DNA from: Candidatus Latescibacterota bacterium | Lineage (GTDB): Bacteria; Latescibacterota; UBA2968; UBA8231 | DNA: 64,000 nucleotides | Direction: 5' to 3' | Assembly (NCBI GenBank): GCA_965243025.1 | Contig: CBDETY010000003.1 | Span: 4,800,001-4,864,000, forward strand | Part shown: positions 39,304 through 48,426 of the stretch, piece after piece | How positions within the stretch are numbered: the first letter of the stretch is position 1 | Layout of the letters: each line of letters opens with the position of its first letter | Notes under the pieces: generated by a model | Seen by the model: only the letters and a program-made list of their open reading frames with translations | Database searches by the model: none | What the model was told of the DNA's origin: nothing | Translations under genes and position numbers: made by a program

Positions 39304-40739
39304 CAGGCGCGCTTTCTCATGGTGAACGCCCGCTGCCGGTACAGCAGCTCGAACAGGTTCCCCTCGTGCGGCTGGTCCCAGGCGATCTCGTTCGTCGCCA
39401 CCTCGCCGAAGTTGAGGCGGTCGATCCCGGCGGAGCTCATCAGCTGCGCCCGCAGCTCAGGATCTTCCGTCAGGGCGGTGACCACGAGGGAAGGGCCGAT
39501 CCTTTCCGCCATCTCCTCCGCGGGGGCCTCGACCACGGCGACGAACGGGAACAGGAACTCGGTGTCGGCGAGCGGGTGACCGGGGTCCTCGCACCAGATC
39601 ACCGTCGGACGCAGGAAGGTGCATCCCCCGGCGGTGGCGACGCGGCCGCTGCCCCTGACCGCGGCGGTGAGGTCGACGGCCCCGGGGGTTTCCAGCTCGC
39701 GGTCGATGAAGTCGGAAATCCGCCGCGCCCCCTCCGGGTCGGGGAAGGCGGCGAGGGCAGCGTCGGGATGGTCGAGGGGGAGCGGCTCGATCCCGGCCAA
39801 GTGCCTGGCAAGGGCCTCGGCGATCTCGCGACCGCTGCGGGGAACCCAGACGCCGGAGGCGTTGATGCAGGAACGGCCGCTGTTGTCGGCGACCGAGGAG
39901 AGCAGCAGCGGCAGCGCCTTTTCCCAGTCGCCGGCCGCGTCGCTGCCGATCAGGACCTTGCTGCGTCCAGGGCCGTGAATCTCGACGCGCGGGTCGCCGC
40001 GCCAGGGAGCGACCGTCTCCTCCCCCCCGAACAGCAGCGAGCGGCCGCAGCGGAGCAGCAGCTCCCCGGCGGCGTCGTGTCCTCCCGGGTAGAGGCTGAA
40101 GGCGGCCGGCGGACAGCCGGCGGCGATGAAGGCCTGGGAGATTCGAAAAGGGGTCCACGGCTCCCGGCTGCCCGGCTTGAGCGCCAGCGGAACCTTCAGG
40201 GCCAGGGCCGGCAGCCACAGGGTGTGCACACCCGGGGAGTTGTTGGGCAGCACCGCTCCGAGAACGTCGGAAAGTCGCCGGTAGCTGAGGGTGCGCCCCC
40301 CCTGCTCCCCCCAGCCGCTGTCGATGACCTCGAGGCCGGCGCCGCGCGTCAGCCCGCCGACGATCCGGTCCATCTGCTCGAGGGCGGAGGATATCTTCGC
40401 GGCGTTGCCGCGGCACAGGGTACGGGGCAGCCCGGTGGTGGCCGACAGCTGCGCGACGTACTCCTCGAACGGCTGCACCCGCTCCCCGAGCGGCAGGTCG
40501 GCGCCCGCGAACAGCCCGCCGGCGCGGCGGCAGATGCGCAGCAGCTCTTCCGCCGGCAGGGCAGCCAGCTCCCGCTGCGCGAGGCGGGCCCGGGACAGGT
40601 CGCGGGCGATGAGCCCGGCGTTTGCCTGGGAAACCTCGGCCACCGGCTCGCCGCCGGCCGCGTGCGAGAGGGTTTCCAGCCGCAGGCTGCGGTAGGGCTC
40701 CCCCTGCCTGAGAACGGGTATGTGCACCGGAGCGGTCAC
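39303..40739 (-). CDS. ALDH-fold acyl-adenylate/aryl-carboxylate reductase (EhpG/GriD-like)
   Basis: LPNNSPGVH.LW, LKPGSREPWT, LFGG, HGPGRSK, NSGRSCINAS (catalytic Cys), EFLFP and PHEGNL motifs. GTG start at 40739, just after the EhpF-like stop. Confidence 0.8.
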   Translation of the reverse strand: MTAPVHIPVLRQGEPYRSLRLETLSHAAGGEPVAEVSQANAGLIARDLSRARLAQRELAALPAEELLRICRRAGGLFAGADLPLGERVQPFEEYVAQLSATTGLPRTLCRGNAAKISSALEQMDRIVGGLTRGAGLEVIDSGWGEQGGRTLSYRRLSDVLGAVLPNNSPGVHTLWLPALALKVPLALKPGSREPWTPFRISQAFIAAGCPPAAFSLYPGGHDAAGELLLRCGRSLLFGGEETVAPWRGDPRVEIHGPGRSKVLIGSDAAGDWEKALPLLLSSVADNSGRSCINASGVWVPRSGREIAEALARHLAGIEPLPLDHPDAALAAFPDPEGARRISDFIDRELETPGAVDLTAAVRGSGRVATAGGCTFLRPTVIWCEDPGHPLADTEFLFPFVAVVEAPAEEMAERIGPSLVVTALTEDPELRAQLMSSAGIDRLNFGEVATNEIAWDQPHEGNLFELLYRQRAFTMRKRA

Positions 40740-40744
40740 GGCGG

Positions 40745-41848
40745 TCAGTACACCCCGACGGTCACCGACTCCTGCAGCGACGACAGCAGGCGCACGTTGG
40801 CGACCCCGTCCCAGGGGTATTCGTCGATCGGCCCGGCGCGCTCCCCCTCGTCGCGCTCGAGAAAGCGGGGCATGAAGAACTCCCGGGTGAGGGTGGTCAG
40901 CATGACGCGCCCGGTCTCCCCGCAGGCGACGGTCCGGCTGTGGTCCTCCCGGTCCACGAGCTCGATGACGGCGCGCGGATGCGAGGGGTGGTAGACGATG
41001 TCGTACCCCTGTTCCGGGTCGAAGGGACGGCAGTGCGCCAGGCCCATCAGGGTGTTGCCGTAGGTCGGTACGAAATCGATGCCGGGGACCAGCTCCTCGC
41101 GGGCGAAGCGGTGGAACTGGGCGTCCATCTCGGTGCCGCCGCAGAAGATCCCGGTGATGCCCGCCCTGGGGAGCGAGACCTTCTCGCACAGCGCCTCGAG
41201 CAGCCTCGGGGTCGTGAACAGGCAGCGGACGCTGTCGTGGGCGCGCAGGATCTTCAGCCCCTGATCGACGACGTGGCTCTTGTAGGCCTCGAGCTCCTGG
41301 TGGGCCCGGCGGCGGATCAGGTTGTTGACCCAGCGCGGGTCGAGGTCTACGAAGAAGCAGATCCCTCCGCGCATCTGGGCCAGGCGCTCGACCGCCAGCC
41401 GCAGGCGCCGCGGTCCGGTCGGTCCCAGCATCAGCCAGTCGCCGCCGCTTGGGAACCCCTCCTCGGAAAGCCGCTCGCCGAACTGCCGGTAGTCGATCTC
41501 GAAGTCGCGGATGTTGATGCGGTTCTTGGGAAGGCCGGTCGACCCGCCGGTCTCGAACACGAACACCGGATCGTTGGCGTACGCCCCCGGCACCCACCTG
41601 CGCACCGGCCCGCCGCGCAGCCACTCGTCGCGGAAATGCCCGAGCAGCTTCAGGTCCCCGTAGCCGCCGATCTCGGCCCGGGGGTCGAAGTCGAGGTTTC
41701 CGGCGAACTCGAGCCAGAACGGGCACCCGGTGTCGGGGCCGAAATGCCAGGCCACCATCTCGCGCACGTGGGCGTCGAGCCGCTCCCGGGCCGCCGCTGC
41801 TTTTCTGGCCAGGGAGGCGGGCTGGTCTCCTGCGGGGGCCGCGCTCAT
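40745..41848 (-). CDS. EhpF/GriC-like adenylate-forming enzyme (aryl-carboxylate reductase component)
   Basis: WHF.P.TG.PFWL, FDP, FETGGSTG.PK, PTGP, GG..F.VDLDPRWV, Y..HVVDQ, TTP, GGTE, YG.T, ERD and C-terminal GVY, colinear with my recollection of Pantoea EhpF. Confidence 0.8.
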   Translation of the reverse strand: MSAAPAGDQPASLARKAAAARERLDAHVREMVAWHFGPDTGCPFWLEFAGNLDFDPRAEIGGYGDLKLLGHFRDEWLRGGPVRRWVPGAYANDPVFVFETGGSTGLPKNRINIRDFEIDYRQFGERLSEEGFPSGGDWLMLGPTGPRRLRLAVERLAQMRGGICFFVDLDPRWVNNLIRRRAHQELEAYKSHVVDQGLKILRAHDSVRCLFTTPRLLEALCEKVSLPRAGITGIFCGGTEMDAQFHRFAREELVPGIDFVPTYGNTLMGLAHCRPFDPEQGYDIVYHPSHPRAVIELVDREDHSRTVACGETGRVMLTTLTREFFMPRFLERDEGERAGPIDEYPWDGVANVRLLSSLQESVTVGVY

Positions 41849-42005
41849 CCTTCCCCGAGGCGTCCAGTGCCTGCGCGCGCAAGCAGTACGAAAGAGACCG
41901 CCGAAGCGCCCGGCTCGCGCGGCGTCCAGGTGGGTCGTACCGGGGATGTACGGCCAGCAAAGGCAACGCCGCGGCCGGATTCAGACACAATGACGCCGGC
42001 AGGCA

Positions 42006-43457
42006 CTAGGGCCCTCCGATGGCGAACAGGCGGTTGCGGCTGGCTATGTAGAGGATGCCGCCGGCGGCGACCGGGGTGGTGTACACGGAGCTGCCCATGT
42101 TGATCTCGGCGAGCACCTCGAGCTCGCGCCCCGCCTCGAGGATCGCCACGTCGCCGTCCTCGTCGCCGATGTAGACCTTGCCGTCGGCGACCAGGGCCGA
42201 ACCCCAGATCGCCGCGAAGGCGTCGTACTTCCACTGCACCTCGCCGGTCTCGGCGTCGATGCAGTAGACGAAGCCGCTGAGGTCGGCGAGGTACACCAGG
42301 CCGCCGTGGATGGCCGCGGTCGAAAGGGTGCGGTGAAAGTTCCTGCCCCCGAGGTGCCAGACCGCGGCGGTGGCGGTGACGTCGCCGTTCCCGGTGGCGT
42401 CGATGCACCACAGGTTGCCCACCCCTTCCCCGTGCTCGGGATCCTGGCCGACGCCGATGTAGACGCGGTCCCGGTAAATGACGGGTGTGGAGATGATGGC
42501 GTTGCGGGTCCCTCTGCCCCCCAGCTCCCAGACCGAGTCCTCGGGGTTGCCGTCGAACTTCCACAACAGCCTGCCGGTCGCCGGATCGAGAGCGTAGACC
42601 CAGCCGTCGCCGCCGGGAAAGATCACCTGGGGCCGGCCGGCGATGACCCCGTAGGCCGGGTTCGACCACTGGCCGTGGAGGATGTTCTCCCCCGGAGAGG
42701 CGTCCTCCCACGCCACCTCGCCCGTCCTCTTGTCGACGGCGATGAAGCTCGGGGCGAACGGCGACGGGATGTGGACGTGGCCTTCGTCGACGCCGTTGCC
42801 GGTGATCACGAACAGCAGGTCGCCGGCGGCCACCGGAGAGCAGACCGCGAGGTTGTGGGGGAAGACGTTGAGCTCCTCGATCATGTCGAGCTTCCAGACG
42901 ATGTCGCCGTCGATGCCGCTGGTGTCGGCCTCGTCCCGGTAGGGGCCGTCGTTCTCGCCGTCGCGGAACCCCTCGGTGTCGGCGGCGACGACCTCGCAGC
43001 GGTTGGAGATGTAGTACAGGCGCTCTCCCTCGACGTACGGGGTCGAGCAGACTCCCTGCTGCGGCCAGTCGTTGACCCGCCCCGAGGGCAGCTTGGTGTG
43101 CGTCGACTGCCAAAGGAAGCTGCCGTCGCCGAGGGCGAAGGCGGCGATGACGCCGCGGTCCCCGGTGAGCTTTCCGTTGTACAGCGCCTGGTTGTTGGTG
43201 CCGATGAACACCTTGCCCCCGTGAACGAGGGGGCCGGCGTAGGTCTGGGACCCGAGCTGCGCCGTCCACAGGATCCCCTCCCCGGTTTCCGTGTTCCACG
43301 CTGCAGGCAGGGGACCGGCTTCCACCGTCATGTTGCGGTCCGGGGTGAAGCCGAACATCGCCGTTTCCCCCGCCCCCGCGGGGACGACCGCGGAAGCGAT
43401 CGCCGCCGCGGCCAGGACCGCGCCGGGGAACCGCCGATTTGCGAAGAATCCTGTCAT
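42006..43457 (-). CDS. Exported PQQ-like beta-propeller protein
   Basis: Signal peptide, LW.AQLGSQTY..P, repeated G.V.W blades, QWSNPAY, IGVGQDPEHG. Confidence 0.85.
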   Translation of the reverse strand: MTGFFANRRFPGAVLAAAAIASAVVPAGAGETAMFGFTPDRNMTVEAGPLPAAWNTETGEGILWTAQLGSQTYAGPLVHGGKVFIGTNNQALYNGKLTGDRGVIAAFALGDGSFLWQSTHTKLPSGRVNDWPQQGVCSTPYVEGERLYYISNRCEVVAADTEGFRDGENDGPYRDEADTSGIDGDIVWKLDMIEELNVFPHNLAVCSPVAAGDLLFVITGNGVDEGHVHIPSPFAPSFIAVDKRTGEVAWEDASPGENILHGQWSNPAYGVIAGRPQVIFPGGDGWVYALDPATGRLLWKFDGNPEDSVWELGGRGTRNAIISTPVIYRDRVYIGVGQDPEHGEGVGNLWCIDATGNGDVTATAAVWHLGGRNFHRTLSTAAIHGGLVYLADLSGFVYCIDAETGEVQWKYDAFAAIWGSALVADGKVYIGDEDGDVAILEAGRELEVLAEINMGSSVYTTPVAAGGILYIASRNRLFAIGGP

Positions 43458-43477
43458 CCCTGTTTCCCCCGTGCCCG

Positions 43478-45733
43478 CTACCAGACGCGGACGTTGTCGT
43501 AGAAGATCTCGGCCGCCGAGTACCCGTAGAGCCCCGGACTGCCGCTGCGGTTCGGCAGCGGGTCCTCCGCTTCGATCGTCCAGTCCCGGGGCTCCTCCTC
43601 GCCGCGGCGCCAGACCTTGCCTTTGACGACCGCCCTGTCCGCTTCGACGTCGACCGTCATCCTGACGGTGTACCAGACTTCGGGTTCCCAAGCGAAGTCG
43701 ATGGTCTTCGCCATGCGCAGGTCGGACGCCCAGGAGCGGATCTGCAGGCGCTGGTGATTGCCCATCATGTCGAGGGTGTAGCGGTTGGCGATCAGCCCCA
43801 TGTCTGGGCGGTTGCGCTTCCCCCGGGCGGCCATCATGTCCGCCTGGACGGTGTACCCCGACATCTGCGGCGGACCGAGGTAGACGTTGGAGCGCTGCAG
43901 TCCGCGTTTGGCCAGCGGTTTCGCCAGGACCTTGTTGCCGTCGAGCTCGCGGACGAAGAACTTGCGCGCCGCCCCGATCCAGTGGGAGGGAGCCGCGTTC
44001 TCACCCTCGGCCGCGCTCAGGGACTCGAAGTCCTCGCTCCAGCCGCGTTCGGGGACGACCCGCACGCGGGCGTGCGCGGCCAGCGGCTCGCTCTCATTCC
44101 CGCCGAAACGGATGCTCGCGGTTACGCGGCCGGTCCGGGAAACCTCCGGGGCCGCAGTGAAAAGGGCGGTCTCCACGCCCGCTCCTGTTTCCTCCTCAGC
44201 CTCGATTTCTCCCGCCAGTCCTTCGAGCCGCCAGTCCACCCCCTGCTGGAGGAGGGACTCTTCCGCCAGCGCCCGGCCCGCGTCATCGAAAAGACGGACC
44301 CTGAAGCGCACCGAGTCTCCCGGAGCGAGCAGCACCTCGGCGGGCACGAGCTGAACCGATGCCGGGGGTTTATCCGAAACAGGTACGTCCGTCGAGGCCG
44401 GAGAACCGGACGGGCCGGAGGCCGAAGGACCGCGGAAGGAGTCGCCGAGGCAGAACAGCCCGTCTTCGGTCGTGAAGTAGACGCAGCCCCAGGCGGCCGC
44501 CGGGGAGCCGTATATCTCGAGCGGCCGGCCTTCTTCGGCGGTCAAAAGCTCCTCGTCGAGGAGCAGGCACTCCCCCTCTCCAGGCTGCAGGATCTGGAAC
44601 CTGCCGTTGACGGTGGCGGCGTAGATCCTGCCGTCGGCGGCCACCGGCGAGCCCCTGCCGACAGTGCCGATGTTGCGCTCCCAGAGCAGGGTGCCGTCGC
44701 CGGCGTCGAGGCAGAGCAGGTTGGCGGAGTTGTCGACGACGTACAGCCTGCCGTCGTCGAGCGCCGGCGAGGCGTAGCCGGCCAGGCAGGCGTCGCGGCG
44801 CCAGATCTCCCCGGTGCCGGTCACGTCCCCCGTGCCGGTGGCGTCGATGCAGACGACGCGGCCCATCTCGGTGTTGTCGACGTTCTCCTCGCTGTGGGAT
44901 ACGTAGACCCGGCCGTCTCCGGCGACGACGGAGACGTTGATGCCGCGCTTGCTGAGCCGGAAGCCCCACACCTTCTCTCCGGTGGCGGCGCACAGGGCGT
45001 ATACGGCGCCGTCGGCGTTGCCGGCGATCATCAGCCGCTGACCGCCGATATCGGCGGCCACCGGGGTCGAGTAGGTGGTGTCGAGGGGTCGTCCGCCCGG
45101 AGTCGACACCCAGACAACCTCGCCGCTGTTCTTGTCGAAGGCGAAATACCGGTGCCGGGGCACCGCCTGGTCGCCCCAGCTCGAGTTGAGGAAGGAGATC
45201 ACCACGAGGCCGCCGTCGACGAACGGCGTGTGGGTGCGGCCCCCGTACCCGGAGATGCGGCCGAACTCCTCGGTCAGCGACCGCGACCACAGCAGCTCGC
45301 CGTCGCCGGAGTAGCAGTTGAAGATCCCCTGCACCCCGTGGGCGTAGACGTTGCCGGTTTCGGGATCGCCTGCGAGGCTGGCCCAGCCGACGCGGTTGAA
45401 CGGGATCGTCGTGTGGAAGACGTTGAGGCGGTCCTCCCAGAGCAGGGCGCCGGTGGCGGCGTCGAAGCAGGCGATGCGCTCCTGCTCGGTGATCCCCTCC
45501 CCGACCCGGCCGATGACGTAGACGCGCCCGTTCATGAGGATGGGTGTCGAGCGGCCGACGAACTCCGCGCGCCACAACAGGCCGCTGCCGGACCGGGACC
45601 AGGCCGAAACCAGGCCGGTCTCTGCGGATGCCCCGGTCTGACCGGGGCCCCTCCAGTGGGGCCAGCCGGCGGCCGCCGGCTCCGGACCGGGTCCGGAAAC
45701 GAGGGTGAGTGCTAGGAGAAGGAGAAGAACCAT
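43478..45733 (-). CDS. Exported PQQ-like beta-propeller protein with C-terminal Ig-like and lectin-like domains
   Basis: Signal peptide, WPHWRGP, propeller blades, then VQLVPAEV..PG (Ig-like) and a C-terminal 'GSPGLYG...YDNVRV' domain. Confidence 0.85.
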   Translation of the reverse strand: MVLLLLLALTLVSGPGPEPAAAGWPHWRGPGQTGASAETGLVSAWSRSGSGLLWRAEFVGRSTPILMNGRVYVIGRVGEGITEQERIACFDAATGALLWEDRLNVFHTTIPFNRVGWASLAGDPETGNVYAHGVQGIFNCYSGDGELLWSRSLTEEFGRISGYGGRTHTPFVDGGLVVISFLNSSWGDQAVPRHRYFAFDKNSGEVVWVSTPGGRPLDTTYSTPVAADIGGQRLMIAGNADGAVYALCAATGEKVWGFRLSKRGINVSVVAGDGRVYVSHSEENVDNTEMGRVVCIDATGTGDVTGTGEIWRRDACLAGYASPALDDGRLYVVDNSANLLCLDAGDGTLLWERNIGTVGRGSPVAADGRIYAATVNGRFQILQPGEGECLLLDEELLTAEEGRPLEIYGSPAAAWGCVYFTTEDGLFCLGDSFRGPSASGPSGSPASTDVPVSDKPPASVQLVPAEVLLAPGDSVRFRVRLFDDAGRALAEESLLQQGVDWRLEGLAGEIEAEEETGAGVETALFTAAPEVSRTGRVTASIRFGGNESEPLAAHARVRVVPERGWSEDFESLSAAEGENAAPSHWIGAARKFFVRELDGNKVLAKPLAKRGLQRSNVYLGPPQMSGYTVQADMMAARGKRNRPDMGLIANRYTLDMMGNHQRLQIRSWASDLRMAKTIDFAWEPEVWYTVRMTVDVEADRAVVKGKVWRRGEEEPRDWTIEAEDPLPNRSGSPGLYGYSAAEIFYDNVRVW

Positions 45734-45811
45734 GAGGCGTCCCTGACGAAACTCAGAAAATACAGGCTGGTTCCGGGAACCGGAACCCGCCGCGGGGCTT
45801 CCGCGCTCCCC

Positions 45812-46960
45812 TTACCAGTTGGTGTAGGAGCCGTCCAGGCGGCGATACCCCCAGACCGGGCCGTCGTTCTCGACGGGGGGATTGGCCGCAGCGGCCTCTT
45901 CGTCGATCTCCACCCCGAGCCCCGGCCCCTCGGGAACCAGCAGGTGGCCGTCGGCGAAGCCGACCTGGACGGGGAAGACGTCGTTCAGGGCGGTCCCCGG
46001 CTCGCGCGACAGCTCCTGCACCCCGACCAGCGGCGAGGCGAGGCAGAAGTGCAGGCTGGCAGCGGTGCATACAGGTCCGAGGGGATTGTGGGGCACCAGG
46101 GCGACGTAATGGGTCTCGCACCAGCCGGCGACCTTCCTGCCTTCGGTGAGCCCGCCGACGATGCACAGGTCGAGGCGGCAGTAGTCGAGCAGGTCCTCCT
46201 CAAGGACCTCGCGGAACTGCCACTTGCTGGCGAACTGCTCGCCGACCGCAAGCGGAACGCTGGTCTGCTGACGCACCAGGCGCAGGCTGGCGGCGTTCTC
46301 GCTGCGCAGCGGATCCTCGATGAAGAAGGGGCGGTACGGCTCCACCTGGCGGCAGAAGTGGATGGCGTCCGGCGGGTCGAGGCGGGTGTGCACGTCGACG
46401 CAGATCTCGAGCTCCTCACCCAGCTCCTCGCGGACGGCGCGCACCCCTTCGACGGTCCGGCGCACGGCGCGCCCCGGCTCGAACAGCCGCTCTCCCCCCT
46501 CGATGTCGTCGACGGAGAAGCGCACGAACTTCCACCCCGCCTCGGCGCGCGCGCGGCAGCCGGCGACCAGGCTGTCGGTGTCGGCGCCGACGACGTGGGG
46601 ATAGCAGACCACCTTGTCCCTGACGCGGCCGCCCAGGAGCTCGTAGACCGGGACGTTCAGCGCCTTCGCCTTGATGTCCCACAGTGCGATGTCGACGGCG
46701 CTCAGGGCCGCGGTCTGCACCACTCCTCCCGGGAAGAAGCCGCCGCGAAACATCACCTGCCAGAGGTGCTCGATGCGGAACGGATCGGCTCCTGCGAGGT
46801 CGCGCTCGAACGACTTCCAGACCTCGGCCACGGCGGTGACGCGTCGGCCTATGCCGGCCTCGCCGAGACCGTGGATGCCCTCGTCGGTTTCGACCTTGAC
46901 GAAGGAGTAGTTGCGCCCCCCCTCGCTGACCAGGACCGGTTTTATCGCGGTGATCTTCAT
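45812..46960 (-). CDS. Mandelate racemase / galactonate dehydratase-like enolase superfamily enzyme
   Basis: MKITAIK, VKVETDEG..G.GE, DIALWDIKAK...PVYELLGG, DVH, FIEDP, GE and PHNP.GP motifs. Confidence 0.9.
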   Translation of the reverse strand: MKITAIKPVLVSEGGRNYSFVKVETDEGIHGLGEAGIGRRVTAVAEVWKSFERDLAGADPFRIEHLWQVMFRGGFFPGGVVQTAALSAVDIALWDIKAKALNVPVYELLGGRVRDKVVCYPHVVGADTDSLVAGCRARAEAGWKFVRFSVDDIEGGERLFEPGRAVRRTVEGVRAVREELGEELEICVDVHTRLDPPDAIHFCRQVEPYRPFFIEDPLRSENAASLRLVRQQTSVPLAVGEQFASKWQFREVLEEDLLDYCRLDLCIVGGLTEGRKVAGWCETHYVALVPHNPLGPVCTAASLHFCLASPLVGVQELSREPGTALNDVFPVQVGFADGHLLVPEGPGLGVEIDEEAAAANPPVENDGPVWGYRRLDGSYTNW

Positions 46961-47003
46961 CCGTCTCCTCCCCTTCCTGTGGTTTTTCTTGCGGCTTTCC
47001 GTG

Positions 47004-47657
47004 TCAGGAGGCCGTTCGAGTCGGCGCCCCGCGGCCTTTCGCCAGTCCATCCGTCCCCGTCCCGCCCAGCAGCCGCGTCCTCATTTCGTCGAGGGGAAAG
47101 GCGGGGCCCGGGTCGACCTTGCGGTCCGGCGCGATCTCCTCGTGGCCGACGATTTCGACGATTCCGTACTCCGCAATCAGCAGACGACAAAGCTGCCCGA
47201 CGATGTTCAGCTGCGATTCGGGATAGGCCTGCCAGTAAGCCGCCCCGGTCTCGTTGCGGTGCACGGCGCGCACCGTCTCCGCGGCCGGGTAGCTGTCTCC
47301 GAAGTGGGCGAGGTAGCGCCCGTCCCGCGCTTCGAGGCGACCGGCGTTGTCGACCTCGATGCCGAGGGAAAACCGGTTGAGGGCGGTGCGGCCCTTCCAG
47401 GCGCTGACCCCGGCGTGCCAGGCGACCGTATCGAACGGGACCAGCTGCGCGACGGCTCCGTTCCGGGCGACCACGAGGTGTGCGGATACCTTCCGCGCCG
47501 GGTTGGTCAGGGTGGCGATGGCCGCGCCGGCGTCGCGGCACGCGGTGTAGTGAATGACGATGGTGTCGGGGTACCCGGGCTCGAAGGGATCCCCGATGTT
47601 CGGCGATTCGGTGAACTCCACTCCATCCCCCCGCAGCAGGTGGTTTTCTATGTGCAT
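47004..47657 (-). CDS. N-acetylmuramoyl-L-alanine amidase (Amidase_2, AmpD-like)
   Basis: IVIHYTA, VSAH, AWHAG.S.W, N..SLGIE, GHEEIAP.RK.DPGPAF motifs. Confidence 0.93.
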   Translation of the reverse strand: MHIENHLLRGDGVEFTESPNIGDPFEPGYPDTIVIHYTACRDAGAAIATLTNPARKVSAHLVVARNGAVAQLVPFDTVAWHAGVSAWKGRTALNRFSLGIEVDNAGRLEARDGRYLAHFGDSYPAAETVRAVHRNETGAAYWQAYPESQLNIVGQLCRLLIAEYGIVEIVGHEEIAPDRKVDPGPAFPLDEMRTRLLGGTGTDGLAKGRGAPTRTAS

Positions 47658-47752
47658 CGAATCAGCTCACCGCCTCCCGACCGCATCGCCTTCTGGGGAT
47701 CCAGGGGGAGTGGGGACCGGAGCGGACCCTCCAGTGGCAAAGAGAGGACCTG

Positions 47753-48400
47753 CTACCAAGGACGCCGGAAACGTTCGATGCGTTGCTGGAGCTCTGCGGT
47801 GATCCGGCGCACCTCCCCCAGGTCGGCCGGGCTGAGCTGGGAACCGAGGGCCGCAAAAAGTGGTTCGAGGTCCGGCTGATAGGTGTGCATCAGGGTGGCG
47901 AGGTCATTTTCGTAGAGACCGACGCGGGCGAAGTTTCCTTGGCGGTAGAGGGAAGGAAGGGCATACAGTTTGAGCAGGATGAGACCTTCGACCGTAGCGC
48001 AGGGAATCCGGCGCTCCCGAAACGTGTGTCGGGTGGCGTATCCCTCCTGCACCATGGCGAAGAGAGGGTTCGTGGTCAGCAGGAAATCGACGCGCAAGTC
48101 CTCGAATCTGCCCCGGAAAAAGTGGCCGTCCCGGTGTTCGATGGTGATTTCGGGAAGCGCCTTCAGCGAACCGACGCTTACGATCAGATCGATGTCTTCG
48201 GTATTCCGCCCCTCAACGTATTGGAGCAGGGCCACACCGCCGACCAGCAGGTACTCGATTTCCCTTTCCTCCAACAGTGAAAAAAAACGGGATACGGTCT
48301 GCAGCAGGGCATCGGCATTCATAGGGGATTGCTCGTACCGGCGGAAGTTGAAGAGGCAGGCGTTTCGGATGGTCTGGCCGATGTGGACGGGGGTGGGCAT
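47753..48400 (-). CDS. Nucleotidyltransferase-like hypothetical protein
   Basis: YLLVGGVAL...GRNTEDIDLI (GG...DxD) and LILLKL motifs. The start could also be 48322. Confidence 0.6.
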   Translation of the reverse strand: MPTPVHIGQTIRNACLFNFRRYEQSPMNADALLQTVSRFFSLLEEREIEYLLVGGVALLQYVEGRNTEDIDLIVSVGSLKALPEITIEHRDGHFFRGRFEDLRVDFLLTTNPLFAMVQEGYATRHTFRERRIPCATVEGLILLKLYALPSLYRQGNFARVGLYENDLATLMHTYQPDLEPLFAALGSQLSPADLGEVRRITAELQQRIERFRRPW

Positions 48401-48426
48401 ATATCCAACAGGAATGCGGGAGGGCG

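Noticed and set aside
39303-41848. luxC/luxE bioluminescence genes
   Set aside because: There is no luxA, luxB or luxD, and the motifs fit the EhpF/GriC and EhpG/GriD types better.
35682-41990. 891-aa and 895-aa ORFs as multidomain fusions
   Set aside because: Their N-terminal extensions are out-of-frame overlaps of neighbouring genes. The real starts are near 37031 and 40739.
37028-45733. bamB or PQQ-dependent alcohol/glucose dehydrogenases
   Set aside because: There is no yfgM/der context or clear lipobox, the quinoprotein dehydrogenase signatures are not evident, and no pqq genes are present in the window.
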